Source of the DNA: Octopus bimaculoides
Taxonomy: Eukaryota
NCBI RefSeq assembly: GCF_001194135.2
Contig: NC_068988.1
Coordinates: forward strand, 84,753,409-84,816,668
Reading direction: 5' to 3'
DNA length: 63,260 nt
In this document: one piece after another, positions 1-12,258 of the stretch
Layout: every line of letters begins with the position of its first letter
Position numbering within the stretch: the first letter of the stretch is position 1
The notes under the pieces: generated by a model
Told to the model about the DNA's origin: nothing
What the model saw: only the letters and a program-made list of their open reading frames with translations
The model's database searches: none
Program-made: the position numbers and the translations under genes

Positions 1-49
<49 letters not shown>
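1..49. repeat. (GA)n microsatellite
   Basis: Perfect GA dinucleotide run at the window start. Confidence 0.95.
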
Positions 50-53
<4 letters not shown>

Positions 54-462
54 AGAGACAGCAGTAGAGGAACAGAGGACAAATGCAGTGAGAACATCCC
101 AGCCACATTTACTACCCATTTCAGTATTCTCTCTGCCATATTTTCTCTAATGAGTAGGTTTTCTCCAGCACCACATATCACAGTCTCTTTTGTTAGGCTC
201 AACATTTAGGGATTGATTTTTACCGTGCTGTCCCATGTCTTTCTAGGTTTTCCTCTTTCATAGGCACTGTCAACTTTGAGTGTTTGGCTCATTTTCACAG
301 AGATGTCATCATCCATATGTATTATGTGCCCATACTACCACTGTCTTCTTTCTTGCTTAACACATTTCCTCTAAGGTCATTTGTACTCTGTCATTCATGC
401 ACACTAACATTGTACATCCAGCAAAGCATGCTCACTTCATTTCTTTCTAATTGTCACAAATC

Positions 463-885
463 TGTAATAGGTATGATAGTAGTGATAGAGACTTTAGTCT
501 CTCTCTATCACCTTTCAACAGCATTATAAATGAAGAGACATCAGAACAATTTACAACATAATAAAAAGGTTTTTATTTATGATGATGCTTGGTTTCACAA
601 TTCCTGTCATTCAGTTTAGCAGCCGCTGATTAAATTGTAGTTGGTATTAGAAGGTCAAGGGCTTCCTTGATGCCTGCCAGAGAACAGTGTAAAAGTGCTT
701 CGTGGAGGAGTGAGGTGTTGTCACGTAGAAGGTCGTAGGCTCAACTCGCTGAGAAAATGAAAGTAACTGCTTAAGTACGAGTTTTACTACGCATGCGCAA
801 CTCAAGGGGCTTCCGGTGGTGAAGTCCCCTGTGCATGCGCAGAATAGTACTTCCTCAATGGCGGCTATAATTTCGCGCCACTACA
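463..885 (-). mobile_element. Solo LTR (423 bp, TG...CA, 4-bp TSD AATC), probably Gypsy-like
   Basis: Starts TGTAATAG (463) and ends CCACTACA (885). AATC flanks both sides (459-462, 886-889). Removing it restores the RTE reading. Promoter-like motifs sit at the right end and AATAAA occurs on both strands near 560-577. Orientation is inferred from motif order. Confidence 0.75.
786..865. promoter_or_regulatory. CpG-rich cluster of NRF1-, ETS- and YY1-like motifs inside the solo LTR
   Basis: ACTACGCATGCGCA at 786-799, CTTCCGG at 810-816, TGCATGCGCA at 832-841, AATGGCGGC at 857-865. Activity untested. Confidence 0.45.
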
Positions 886-1619
886 AATCTTATGCATCCA
901 AGGCCCATGTTGTACTTATATGTAGCATCACACTTTGCAAACAAGCTCTTCACTCTGGGGAAGAGGCCTTTTGTTGCCAACAGAGGATGTAGCTCCTTGT
1001 ATTCTATATGATTACAAAGTCTGAAGATAACAGTACAGTCATTGGATTTGATTGAATCGAAAACGAATGATTATTGATTGGTTGATAAGGGAGGTAACTT
1101 ATATTTAGGTTTCAATAAAAATGACTATTAATATTTCTACATTTATGTTTATGTCTATAAATTTGAAAACAAAAAGTTTAGTTTGAACAGAATAAGTTAT
1201 AAGGTCTGTAGTAGGAAAAGGATTAATTAAGGAAAAATTTATTATATGAATATGAAAACCTTTAGAAAACTGGAGGATGTCATTAAATTTCTGAAGTCTT
1301 TGATTTGGTGGGGAATAAAAGCAAATAAGAATAAAAGGCCATGTAACAAAATCAATTAAAAATTAAAACTAAATCAAGGGATTACAATAAATTAGTTTCA
1401 AGACAGAAATGAAGATATGCTTTTGAGCACTGGAAGTGTTGGCAGATGAAAAGTATGTATCAAGTTGGGAGATTAGATATGAAATGGAACTTAACAGAGA
1501 AATGTAACCATTTAGGTGATTATATGTATTCACTATACTTAATATGTATGTATGGCTGAGTGCATGCATGAATGTAAGTGCACATGTATGTATGTATGTA
1601 TGTATGTGTATTCTATTAG

Positions 1620-2470
1620 TCAGAAAAGGTCTGAGGACATTGAGGTCTCGTTGAGTGTAACATGGAAGGATAGATCTAAAAAGAGTAGTTTCAGTTACTC
1701 TTTTAATTGTTTCTGATGAGTCAAGAGTGAAGTTTGTATGCTGCCAGGGATAACTGGCACAAAACTGGTGGAGTTCCACCAATTTAGCTGATTTGAAGTT
1801 CCATACAATCTGGTTGGAAAAGGCATAGTGCAGTATGTGGTTGTGTATTAGGTGGTTACAATGATATAGTGGTCAGATGACCTGATAGGTACAGAGACAG
1901 TTATGGTTTACAGTTTTTTTTTTTACATAGGTGAGTGGTGGTGACTGGAGTTGTGCCACAAAGAGAGATGTAACGAGGTGCCACAACATAGCATCAAGAC
2001 GGCATAGCCAAGAAGGTGAAAAGAAGAGAGTATGCAACCTTACTCATCCCCGTTGATGCAGAGGGGAGTAAGGTTGCAAGAGGGGAGAGAGATGGACAGA
2101 AGCATGGGATGGAGGTGAATGCAGTGAATGGTGAATAGGAATAGAGTGATGAAAACGAGTGGATGTCAGTTGAGAGTAACTCTGAAAAGAGTGATTGATG
2201 ACTGGCAATACAGAAATGGCAAAATGAAATGGTTTGTCATAACAGATTTTAATTTATTTACAGCAGCAGAATAATACAGCAGATAGGATTGCAAACATTG
2301 CAAAAGTATGGAGGGGAGTGAGAGAAGGATAAACAGGTTGGGTGCAGAGATGATAAAACCGATGGTAGGGATGGGTGGGAGGTGGTGATAGGACCAGAGG
2401 AGGGACCCATTTTACTAGTTGTAGACTTGACAAGAACTCCAGGTGAGGCTCCCAGGTATATCATAAACAT
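1620..2470 (-). mobile_element. Degenerate APE-endonuclease LINE remnant (CR1/Jockey-like group)
   Basis: Minus-strand frames give LCINGD (ILGDFN-like), RSSDHYIIV (SDH catalytic motif) and WNFKSAKLVELHQFCASYPWQH, the segment that follows APE in such LINEs. Frameshifts and stops present. Confidence 0.55.
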
Positions 2471-2479
2471 GCTTCAGCC

Positions 2480-3554
2480 ACGCTAGCTGGGCAGGTTTTT
2501 TGTTCACAGTATATCATCAATCATCTTGGTCTTTTCTTCCATGAGGCTCAGTATTCTGAGATCAGCCTTCACCACCTCCTCCCACATCTTAAAGTGTATT
2601 CCCCATTCTAAAGATTCCATGATTCTAAAGATTCCAAGTGATCTACACTTCTTTATACAACTGTATTCCTCATCCATACACATCATACAACCAGACCAAT
2701 GTAGTCTTCTCTCTTGCACACTACATCTGATTGCTATTATGTCCAGTTTTTCTCTCAGCATATTAATACTTCATGTACACTGCCATTCAACATCCATTGA
2801 AACACGTTTGCCCTTTTTTTCTAGTCTCCACAGATCCTCTGCATTCAGGAGCTATGTTCATTCACATCCATCATACTATTTGTCCTTCATCCTGAGAGAA
2901 ACCTTTTGTTGCCAACAGAAGTAATAGCTTCTGGAACTTTTTTCAGCTTGCTCTTACTTTAGCTGCTATACTTTCAGATCATCCTAAACCATTGCTAATT
3001 AGATGATCTAGATAACAGAAACTAACTACCACCTTAGGGATCTTCCAAGGCAATTGAGAGAATATTTCCTGTGCACCCTTAGTGTTTATTATTCCTCTGC
3101 ATCTTCCATATACAAACCACTTTCTCTGCTAACTGCACCTCTTTTGTGTCCATATTTTGCATTGGGTACATCATACAGAATTTCTATCTACATCTTTTCT
3201 ATGTATCAAGCAAAGCAATTTCTCTGATGGCATGATAATTTTCTGAAGAATTGGTGACTAGTCCATACTACTCCACCAGATATTTTAAGCATCTCAGCAG
3301 TAATTCTTGATGGACCAAGGGCTTCCCTGTCTCCATTACCTTAAATGCTCTATCTTTCATAGTACTGTCTGCAAGAATGGCCAGTCCTTAGTTGGGAACA
3401 CACTACGAAGACTCTCTTTCTCCTTTGCACTCGCTATAGTTAATGACCTTTCATAGTAATACTTTTCAGTATCCATCTGTACACATTTTTTACCTACATT
3501 ACAATTCTCTCTGGTACTGCCTTGCAATTAGGATCATGCCTCTGATCCACATGT

Positions 3555-3560
<6 letters not shown>
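2480..3560 (-). mobile_element. RTE-clade LINE fragment lacking the RT core
   Basis: CSVQERRLHWSGCMMCMDE...MWEEVVKADLRILSL and LLATKGFSLR are RTE C-terminal motifs. The pre-RT segment (GPSRITAEMLKISGG, ~3250-3330) joins almost directly to post-RT sequence. Confidence 0.8.
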
Positions 3561-3589
<29 letters not shown>

Positions 3590-3594
<5 letters not shown>

Positions 3595-4020
3595 ACCTTT
3601 ATAAACAGGGCAAAATTAGCTGCTTCTCAGTAGATTGAAAATATGACCAATAACCTTAATTGATTTTCAAATCTTATTAGATTCTCATCAGAAGCATCTA
3701 CAGCAATTTAACCAATCCCAGAGAAACAAGCAGCCAATCTGTTTATATACTCAACAATTACAGTAGCTACACAAAACTAGGGCTACTAATTTGCATACCA
3801 TAAGTGTTAACACTTTATTTTAAATACCAGTGGCCTTTCAACAAAGATCTTAGTCCACACAGGATCAAGTTATGATATAAAATATGTGGCTTATATAGTA
3901 GTACCTTTATGAACAGGGCTAATTTAGCTGTTTCTCTGTAGATAGAAAAAATGACGAACGACCTTATTTCATTTTCAAATCCTATTGCATTTTCATCAGA
4001 GACATCTACATTAATTTGTA
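3590..4020. repeat. Diverged ~120-bp direct duplication
   Basis: 3590-3720 (gtaacctttataaacagggcaaaattagctg...) aligns with 3901-4020 (gtacctttatgaacagggctaatttagctg...) at roughly 80% by eye. Confidence 0.7.
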
Positions 4021-4425
4021 TGATTCAAAAGTCCTAGTGTAGGAAGTTAGTAAGCTTCAAGCATGTAAAGAATTATTACAGATGACAAAAGGTGGACAAC
4101 ATATGATAAAAAGAGTTTATTTACCATTGTTAGTTACACATATTGTCCTATATTGAAATCAAAGGCAATTTTGATAAACTGACAATCGTCATTCAACTCA
4201 TTGTTTAGCAACTAAAGTTGCTAAAAATGTGAATAAAGGTACGAGATTGTAAGGGCCATGGAAAAGGTAAATAAAAACCTACAAATGATTCAAAGCTAAA
4301 ACAATGTTTGTTACATTACTTGTAACACATAAAACCCACTTAGGCAATCTTCAGGTCCTATTACCTTCAAGTTGTTTTACATTGTTGCATGGAGATGAGT
4401 AAAATATATATATATATATATATAT

Positions 4426-4562
4426 GGGCATCCAGCTGTAGAAACTCTGCCAGATCAGATTGGAGCCTGGTGCAGCCATCTGGTTCGCCACACCTCAGTC
4501 AAATCGTCCAACCCATGCTAGCATGGAAAGCGGACGTTAAATGATGATGATGATGATGATGT
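4426..4562 (+). mobile_element. RTE 3'-tail element (short 5'-truncated copy) ending in (GAT)n
   Basis: gggcatccagctgtagaaactctgcc...ccaacccatgctagcatggaaagcggacgttaaatgatgatg. The same tail ends the RTE at 26757-29150. Confidence 0.85.
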
Positions 4563-4605
4563 TATATATAGGGGGAGGATTCACAAAAAAACAAAAGACG
4601 AATAA

Positions 4606-4636
<31 letters not shown>

Positions 4637-5033
4637 GATATATGTATATATATATATATATGTATATATATAGATAGATAGATATATATTCATATGTACA
4701 TATGCATACACATATAAACACACACACATATATATACATATATATATACATATATATATANNNNNNNNNNNNNNNNNNNNNNNNNNNNNNNNNNNNNNNN
4801 NNNNNNNNNNNNNNNNNNNNNNNNNNNNNNNNNNNNNNNNTTGCATCTTGCAAAGGTTGCAAGACGCAACAAAAATTTTAGGAAAATAAAAATAAGAAAT
4901 AAGTGGAAATTTTACCGGTGAGTGTGTTAAATTTTAAGGCACAATAAGAAAATGACTCTCCCCAGACACAACAGAATATGCCTCAACACACGAAATCACA
5001 TAAAAAATCTTGCAAACCAAATCCCAAAACGAA

Positions 5034-5073
<40 letters not shown>

Positions 5074-5311
5074 GTATGTGCATATCATCATCAGCATTTA
5101 CTACCTTCTTTGCATGCTGGCACTGGGTGGACAAGTCCTTATTTAAAACAGTTAAAGTTTTGTAGGTTCCTGTGATGAGCCAATGAAACTTAAGCTGCAT
5201 TGGGCCAAAGGAAACTGTTTTAATTACATGCAACTCGTACTAAATTTACTGAGTGCCTATTTCTTTCATTTGTCCCCTGACTTGTGTGCATGTGTGAGTG
5301 AGTGTGTGTTG

Positions 5312-5351
<40 letters not shown>

Positions 5352-5900
5352 CAAAGAAGTTAACTGCATAAAAGTCAATACGAAGAGTATTCCATTCAAT
5401 GAAAGTTCAGTATTACTAAATGTTTCAACTATGTACTTATCGCACTGCTAATAGTTTCCCATACAGGCGTACGTTCATCACGTGTCAATCACACTGTACA
5501 CCCAAAACTTTAGTTTGAATAGAGGAAAAGTTTAGAAGCAGTATAAAGATAAAGCATGTCTAATGGAAGCTGCCACCTTGATGGATAAAATAAAATAAAG
5601 ATAATAAAAAATATTAAAAAAATAAAAATCAATATAAAAAACTAGTCAGCAATACAAATGTGAAAATGATTAAAAATTGTGAAGACCTAGGATCGTGTGA
5701 TGGAACATGAAAATATGAAGGATATCAAATTTAAATGAATTTGTAAAAATACATATCAGGAAAAAGGTAAAAAAAAGTTTTTACAAAGAACAAAAGGTTC
5801 ACAAGTGGTTGCAAATATTGGCACAAAAACCTAGCATTTTTCGTGTGAAGTATCTTCACTTTTAAACGATATTTAAGTGATTTAGATTTTTCTATTTATA

Positions 5901-5938
<38 letters not shown>

Positions 5939-5972
5939 TTGTATAGTTTGTATATCATGTGGCTTTCAATAT

Positions 5973-6028
5973 GTGGTGCTCCAGCATGGCCACAGTCAAA
6001 TGACTGAAACAACTAAAAGAATAAAAGA

Positions 6029-6030
<2 letters not shown>
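5973..6030 (+). mobile_element. 3' end of tRNA-derived SINE family B
   Basis: gtggtgctccagcatggccacagtcaaatgactgaaacaactaaaagaataaaag matches the 3' end of the 7040-7410 copy. Confidence 0.7.
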
Positions 6031-6066
<36 letters not shown>

Positions 6067-6085
6067 ATATACACACTTGTGTGTG

Positions 6086-6122
<37 letters not shown>
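6031..6122. repeat. Adjacent (AC)n and (TG)n tracts forming a foldback
   Basis: (AC)n at 6031-6064, a short spacer, then (TG)n at 6077-6122. Confidence 0.9.
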
Positions 6123-6124
<2 letters not shown>

Positions 6125-7039
6125 ATGTGTCTTTGTCTCCATGTAATTCCACATTGACACTGCCAACACTAGTGATGTTGCTTTTATAGTGTGGTTACTC
6201 ACCTTATGAGGATCAATGTTATAGCATACTTGAAAGCATCAGGAAGGGCACCCAGCTATAGAATACTGCCTCAAGAATTCTCATCCAACCCATACAGTCA
6301 TAGAAAAAAGTGAACAAAAGTGATGATGGTATTTTAACAAATCTAGCGATCAAATTAAGTATCTGATATCATGAATATATCTTTTATACATATTTGAACT
6401 TCAGTGTTTTCTGTTCCAAATTCATCTTTATGAATTTCCCTCTTCCCTTCTGTCAATCAAACTGATTGCATCTGAGGCTCCTTATTTGGACGTAAGGCCA
6501 TTAATATAACTATAATCCATGGAATTATTAAATTTATTGATTTTTTTTAACATTCTAGAATTTTCTATAAGACTTATTTTCTCTCTTCGTTTTTGTGTAT
6601 GATATTGCCCTGTTGTTTTTAGTTTTGACCTCTCTAAATATGCTGTTAATCATAACTATGAATATATTCAACTTCTGACCAAATGAAAAAACATGTTGAA
6701 ATAGTTTGCATACGCTTTAACAAAAGTGTGTGTGTGTGTGTGCATGCATGCATGCATGCGCTCACACGTGTGCCTCTGTGAATGTAGAAATGTTTGCACT
6801 TCACCGTAAATACTGTTGAGATAAGGGTGGTGATGTTTGTTTACATTTCCCTGTGAACAAATTCTCTGCTAGATCGGCGCTTTTGACAATGAGTGGAATG
6901 AAAACTCCCTTAGTTGAAAAATAGGTAAGGGTTAGTTAAAGGAAGAGAACCTGGCTATAAGATATCATCTTATTAATTTGTCTAACCTATGCCAGCATGG
7001 AAAAATGGACATAAAACAGACAGACTAGTACATATATAT

Positions 7040-7408
7040 GTGGCTGTGTGGTAAGAAGCTTGCTTCTCAACCACATGGTTATGGGTTCAGTCCCACTGCA
7101 TTGCACTTTGGGCAAATGTCTTCTACTATAGCCTAAGACTGGCCTAAGCCTTGTGAGTGGATTTGGTAAATAGAAACTGAAAGAAGCCCGTCATATGTGT
7201 GTGTGTGTGTGTGTGTGTGTGTATTTGACCCCCACTACAGCTTGACAACCGGTTGTGGTATGTTTATGTCATCATAACTTAGTGGTTTGGCTAAAAAAGA
7301 CTGATAGAATAAGTCCTAGGGTTGATTTGTTTAACTAAAACCATTCAAGTCAGTGCCCCAGCATGGCCACAATCAAATGACTGAAACAAGTAAAGGATAA
7401 AAGATAAA

Positions 7409-7410
<2 letters not shown>
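7040..7410 (+). mobile_element. Full-length tRNA-derived SINE (family B) with internal (GT)n
   Basis: A-box-like TGGCTGTGTGG, B-box-like GGGTTCAGTCCC, a CORE-like CTTTGGGCAAATGTCTT segment and a (TAAAAG)n tail. Partial copies at 19720-19810, 51560-51690, 52680-52840, 55140-55210, 56050-56190, 61140-61350 and 61770-61860. Confidence 0.8.
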
Positions 7411-7447
<37 letters not shown>

Positions 7448-8089
7448 GCAATTAAAAAAATTCAATATTGTTATGAAAGTGGAATAATACACAAGCACAC
7501 ATACCTTTTCCATATGTGTATGTGTGTATCCAGGACCTCAAATCAATTAATTAGATACTATGTAGAAAGGACACAAAGCTATCTCTTTAAAATTGCTTAC
7601 CATACAATATAGTACTATGGAAACATCAGCATTGTGTAGGTGTCCCTGGAGACTAGAACAGTGGTAATCCTTTCCATTAGCAGTTTTATTTCTGCAAGGA
7701 ACTTTTGGATAGATAGCCCTGCATAGATAAAGACATTGGGAGGGAAGACAAGGACAAGACAACTTGTCTGGCAACAAATAAATGGAGACAACATAGGTTA
7801 GAACAGAATACTTTTGACTTGTCACGAACAAGATGATATTTTTAGCGCTGGTGCCACAATAGAATGCACACCCAGTACACTCTGTAAAGTGGTTGATAAT
7901 AGTAAAGATATTTAGCCAGAGAAACCATGTCAAAAAATGGAATGTATGAATGAGCTATAACACCTGAACTCTTTCAGGAGGGCAGCAACCTTGAATAAAA
8001 ACTGACTTCGACTATGATGAGCTGCTCAACCTATGTCATCATGGAAAAGTAGAAGTAAAATGAAGGTGTCAATAATGACATACATAGAC

Positions 8090-8721
8090 ATGAAGATCCG
8101 GCAAGACAAGTGAGATGCGTAAGAAGACCTGGCAAGCCTTGGTCTTATATCTAAATGCAAGGCCTTTGCCAGGGGTGTAGCCAGCCCACTTATGCATATC
8201 TTCCTTCATTGGACACTAAACTCCACTTGCAAAGACCTATTGAGGCAAGTGAAATCGAAATCGAGCTAAATTCGACGACTGGCACCCATGCCAACGTCGT
8301 CTCCTTCATTGGACACGAAACTTGGCTTGCAAAGACCTGTTGGGGCAAGCGAAAGCAAAATTGTGATGGCACCTGTGCCCAGCGTCGCCTTCCTAGCACT
8401 TGTGCCAGTGGCACATGTAAAGACATTCGAGAGAGATCGTTGCCAGTGCCGCTGGACTGGCTCCTGTGCAGGTGGCATGTAAAATACACCATTTTGAGCG
8501 TGGCCGTTGCCTGTACCGCCTGACTGGCTTTGTGCCGGTGGCACGTAAAAGCAGCCACTACACTCTCGGAGTGGTTGGCGTTAGGATGGACATCCAGCTG
8601 TTGAAACTCTGCCAAATCAGATTGGAGCCTGGTGTAGCCATCTGGTTTCACCAGTTCTCAGTCAAATCGTCCAACCTATGCTAGCATGGAAAGCGGACAT
8701 TAAACGATGATGATGATGATG
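8090..8721 (+). mobile_element. Long RTE-type 3'UTR copy with internal duplication
   Basis: Ends in the RTE tail (ccaacctatgctagcatggaaagcggacattaaacgatgatg). tccttcattggacac..aaact...cttgcaaagacct occurs twice (~8200, ~8302). ORFs called here have no recognisable product. Confidence 0.7.
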
Positions 8722-8794
8722 CATGCATGCAAAGATGTATACAACCATACATATGTATATTTTATAAGAGAGAGAAGAAAGAAGATAATAATAG

Positions 8795-9015
8795 TTCTTC
8801 CTAATTTTGACATAAGGCTTGAAATTTTGAGGGAAGGAACAACATCAATTACTTTGACCCCAGTACTTGAGTGGTATTTATTTTATCAACCCCAAAAGGG
8901 TGAAAATAAAAGTCAACTGTGGCAGAATTTGAACTTTGATTGTAAAGAGCTTGAAAAAATGGTGATAAGCATTTTGTCTGACACACTAAAGATCCTGCTA
9001 GCTTGCAGTCTTGAT

Positions 9016-9061
<46 letters not shown>

Positions 9062-9315
9062 GTAGTAGTAGTAGTAGTAATAATAATAATAATAATAATC
9101 CTTTCTATTATAGGTACAAGGCTTGAAATTTGTGGGGTGGGGGTAAGTCAATTACATCAGCCCCCAGTGCGTAACTAGTACTTATTTGATTGACTCCGAA
9201 AGAATGAAAGGCAAAGTCGACCTTAGCAGAATTTGAACTGAGAACGTAAAGACAGGATGAAATACCACTAAGCATGTCATGTGACATGCTAACAGTTCTG
9301 CCAGCTCACTGCCTT
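8795..9315 (-). mobile_element. Two tRNA-derived SINE family C copies separated by (AAT/AGT)n
   Basis: Reverse strand reads GAGCTGGCAGAA..TTAGC (A-box-like) ... CAGTTCAAATTC (B-box-like) ... GCCTTGT(A/G)CC followed by (ATT)n. Confidence 0.85.
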
Positions 9316-9319
9316 AATA

Positions 9320-9422
9320 ATAACAACAACGATAGTAGTAGTAGTAGTAGTAGTAGTAACAATAGTAATAATAATAATAATAATAATGATGATACTAATA
9401 ATAATAATAATAATGATGATAC

Positions 9423-9483
<61 letters not shown>
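9320..9483. repeat. Compound (AAT)/(AGT)/(GAT) microsatellite
   Basis: Direct reading. Source of the poly-N/poly-L stretches in the ORF track. Confidence 0.95.
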
Positions 9484-9485
<2 letters not shown>

Positions 9486-9820
9486 CGTTTCCCTAAAAGA
9501 AATGGAAAAACTTTCAAAATATAAAGACCTGGAAATAATAGAGGTAACTCGAATGTGGAATCTAAAAACAGAAACAATTCCTATCATAGTAGGTGCCTTA
9601 GGTATAATAAAAAAATATTCAGACAAATACATAACAAAAACACCAGGACTTACAAATATATATAACATACAGAAAATTGCACTACTGGGCACTGCACATA
9701 TCCTNNNNNNNNNNGAGCATCACAGCAAACCACAGCACATACCCAAGGCACACAGAGCTGCGCTCGGTAGTGAAGTGAAAGCACGTTATAAAAATAAAAC
9801 TACTGAACAATAATAATAAA
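9484..9820 (+). mobile_element. R4/Dong-clade LINE 3' fragment (REL endonuclease end plus 3'UTR)
   Basis: KEMEKLSKYKDLEIIEVTRMWNLKTETIPIIVGALGII...IQKIALLGTAHI is a typical R4/Dong C-terminus. (AAT)n on both sides. Confidence 0.85.
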
Positions 9821-10370
9821 GGCCCAGATGTAGTACCAGGCAGTGGCTCTCATGGCTTCTGATCTTAATTGATTGGAAGTGTTATCATGTACATTGTTTT
9901 GTCTTGGTATAAAAGATGGGCTACAGCAAATATTCAATACCACAGATTTGCTTGTCAGTTGTTTGACCGTAACCAGTTGAGCATGTCCCTTGGTGACTGA
10001 CGATATGTGCATCTCTGATCATGAGCAGAAGTAGTGGGGGAGCATCATAGCCATGTGTTGAGAGGAATTCGTTGGGGTTTGGACAATTCACCTATGGAAA
10101 CATGGGTGTTTCATTCAACATCCTTAAAAGACCCTTATTCAGGGACCTTTTGAGTGGGATGGTACTCGACCTGAAGAAAATTCTAACTGGGCCCCACCTG
10201 CAAGGTCATGTACTGTTAATCTTGATATGAGATTACCATGTCGTGCACATATGGTTGTGATGCTTGTGTCTAGTGTACCCTTAACAGATGGGTAGTCGTG
10301 ATGGGTATACTGGGCTTTTGTATATTTTACCCCAGTGACACTTTGATGGCATGCACTACTCGCTCACTCA
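9821..10370 (+). mobile_element. Non-coding (AAT)n-tailed retroelement, copy 1
   Basis: 9937-10370 is near-identical to 14472-14904. Both end ctcactca followed by (ATA)n. No ORF or pol III boxes seen. Confidence 0.75.
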
Positions 10371-10394
10371 ATAATAATAATAATACTAATAATT

Positions 10395-10759
10395 CTTTCT
10401 AACTTAGGCACAAGACCTGATATTTTGGAGGAGGTGTGTGTGTGTGTGTGGGAGGGGTTTAGTCAATTACCCACCCCCACCTTCTGTGTTCAACTCAAGA
10501 TATCGAGATGGACAAAATACTCCTAAGCATTTTGTCTGGCATGCTAATGTTTCTGCCAGCTCACCATCATCATAATAATAATCCTTTCTATTATAGGCAC
10601 AAGGCCTGAAATTTGGGGGAAAGAGATAGTTGATTAGTTCATTTATTGACCCTGAAAGGATGAAAGGCAAAATCAACCTTGGCGGATTTTGAACTCAGAA
10701 TGTAGTGATGGGCAAAATACCATTAAGCATTTCGCTAACAATTCTGCTAGCTCGCCACC

Positions 10760-10827
<68 letters not shown>

Positions 10828-11065
10828 GGTGATGATGATGATAATAATAATAATTTCAAATTTTGGCACAAGGCTAGCACTTTTAGGTAAGTGGGTAAGT
10901 CGATTACCTCGACCCCCAGAACTTAATTGGTACCTATTTTATCAACCCCAAAAGGATGACAAGCAAATTCAACCTTGGTGGAATTTGAACTTAGAGCATG
11001 AAGACTAACGAAATTCTGCTAAACATTATGTCTGGCATGCTAAGGATTCTTCCAACTTGCTGCTT
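10395..11065 (-). mobile_element. Cluster of about three family C SINEs with (AAT)/(GAT)/(GGT) spacers
   Basis: Repeated ggcacaagg...gatgaaaggcaaa...gaatttgaactcagaa...gccagctc motif blocks. Confidence 0.8.
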
Positions 11066-11154
11066 TAATAAAAATAATAATTATAATCACTGTAATGTAA
11101 ACATCCAAACCCAACATTCTAATGACTCCTACTGTTTGATCTACTGAGTGTGTG

Positions 11155-11199
<45 letters not shown>

Positions 11200-11789
11200 C
11201 TTGTTTGCCAGTAGATAAAACAGGAACAACCTTTATTCCACACCAAAAAATTAAAGTATTCCTTTTGTTTAAAAAGTCAACTATATTATATTTCATAGAC
11301 TGCATATAGCATGATATTATCTAATGTAGCCTTTCCTTTTTCAAGTTGCTCAGGAATGTGATTGATAAAAGATTTGTTGTTATTTCTAACAGGTCAAGGT
11401 ATGTTGTCACATAGAGGCTCCCTCATGTTTGTATATATTCAACTGTGTGCGTATAAGTAGGTGTGTGTACAAGAGTGAGTGGGTGTATGTGTGTATACAT
11501 GTATATGTCTGCAATGAGTGGCCAGGCCAAATTGGCTGCTATTCTGCCTTTAATCAAAGTCCATGTCTTTGTGTATATATGTGTACATGAATATATGTGT
11601 CTGTGCATGTGTACACATGTATGTATGTATGTATGTATGTATGTATGTATGTATGTATGTATGTATGTATGCATGTGTGTGAATACATTCGTGTGCACGT
11701 GTATCTGCATGCACACGTGTTTGTGTACATATGTGTATCTGTGTGAACATGTGAGAGTGTGCACATACGTTTGAATCCTCTCATTAGTT

Positions 11790-11970
11790 CATGTTTCATT
11801 TATGAAGGTTGCTGTGTAGTGTGGTAATAGTGGTTTTTGTAGTGATAGTTGTGGTAGTGGTATTATGTAGTGATGATGATGTGGTGGTGAATGTAGCAGT
11901 AGCAACAGAAGTAGTATGTTGGCAGTGGGTGTGGTGATAATGACAGTGGTGGTGGCAGGTGAGACCTACT

Positions 11971-12066
<96 letters not shown>

Positions 12067-12227
12067 TACTTAACTACTACTACTAGCCAGCCACTACTCT
12101 ACATCCTCAATGCTGCCACTCTGCTTGTTTTTGTCTCTTGACAACAATAACAACTACATTCACAGTGATATCTAAATAAAAAACGACATAATCAACAACA
12201 ACATTACCACCCAGTATTATCACCACC

Positions 12228-12258
<31 letters not shown>

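Larger units (their letters stand above)
180..1000 (-). mobile_element. Degenerate RTE-clade LINE C-terminal remnant, split by a solo LTR
   Basis: Minus-strand translation gives LLATKG...TWALDA*DL (1000-886), then DL*QLERNEVSMLCWMYNVSVH (465-400). This is colinear with the RTE C-terminus also seen at 2480-2950 and 27170-27700. Many stops. Confidence 0.75.

Noticed and set aside
620-740. Tc1/mariner transposase N-terminus (QHLTPP...) on the minus strand
   Set aside because: Short, frameshifted similarity only. The TG...CA ends and 4-bp TSD fit a solo LTR better than a TA-flanked mariner.
8155-8684. Overlapping 60-150 aa ORFs on both strands
   Set aside because: They lie in the relatively GC-rich RTE-type 3'UTR repeat and have no recognisable domain.
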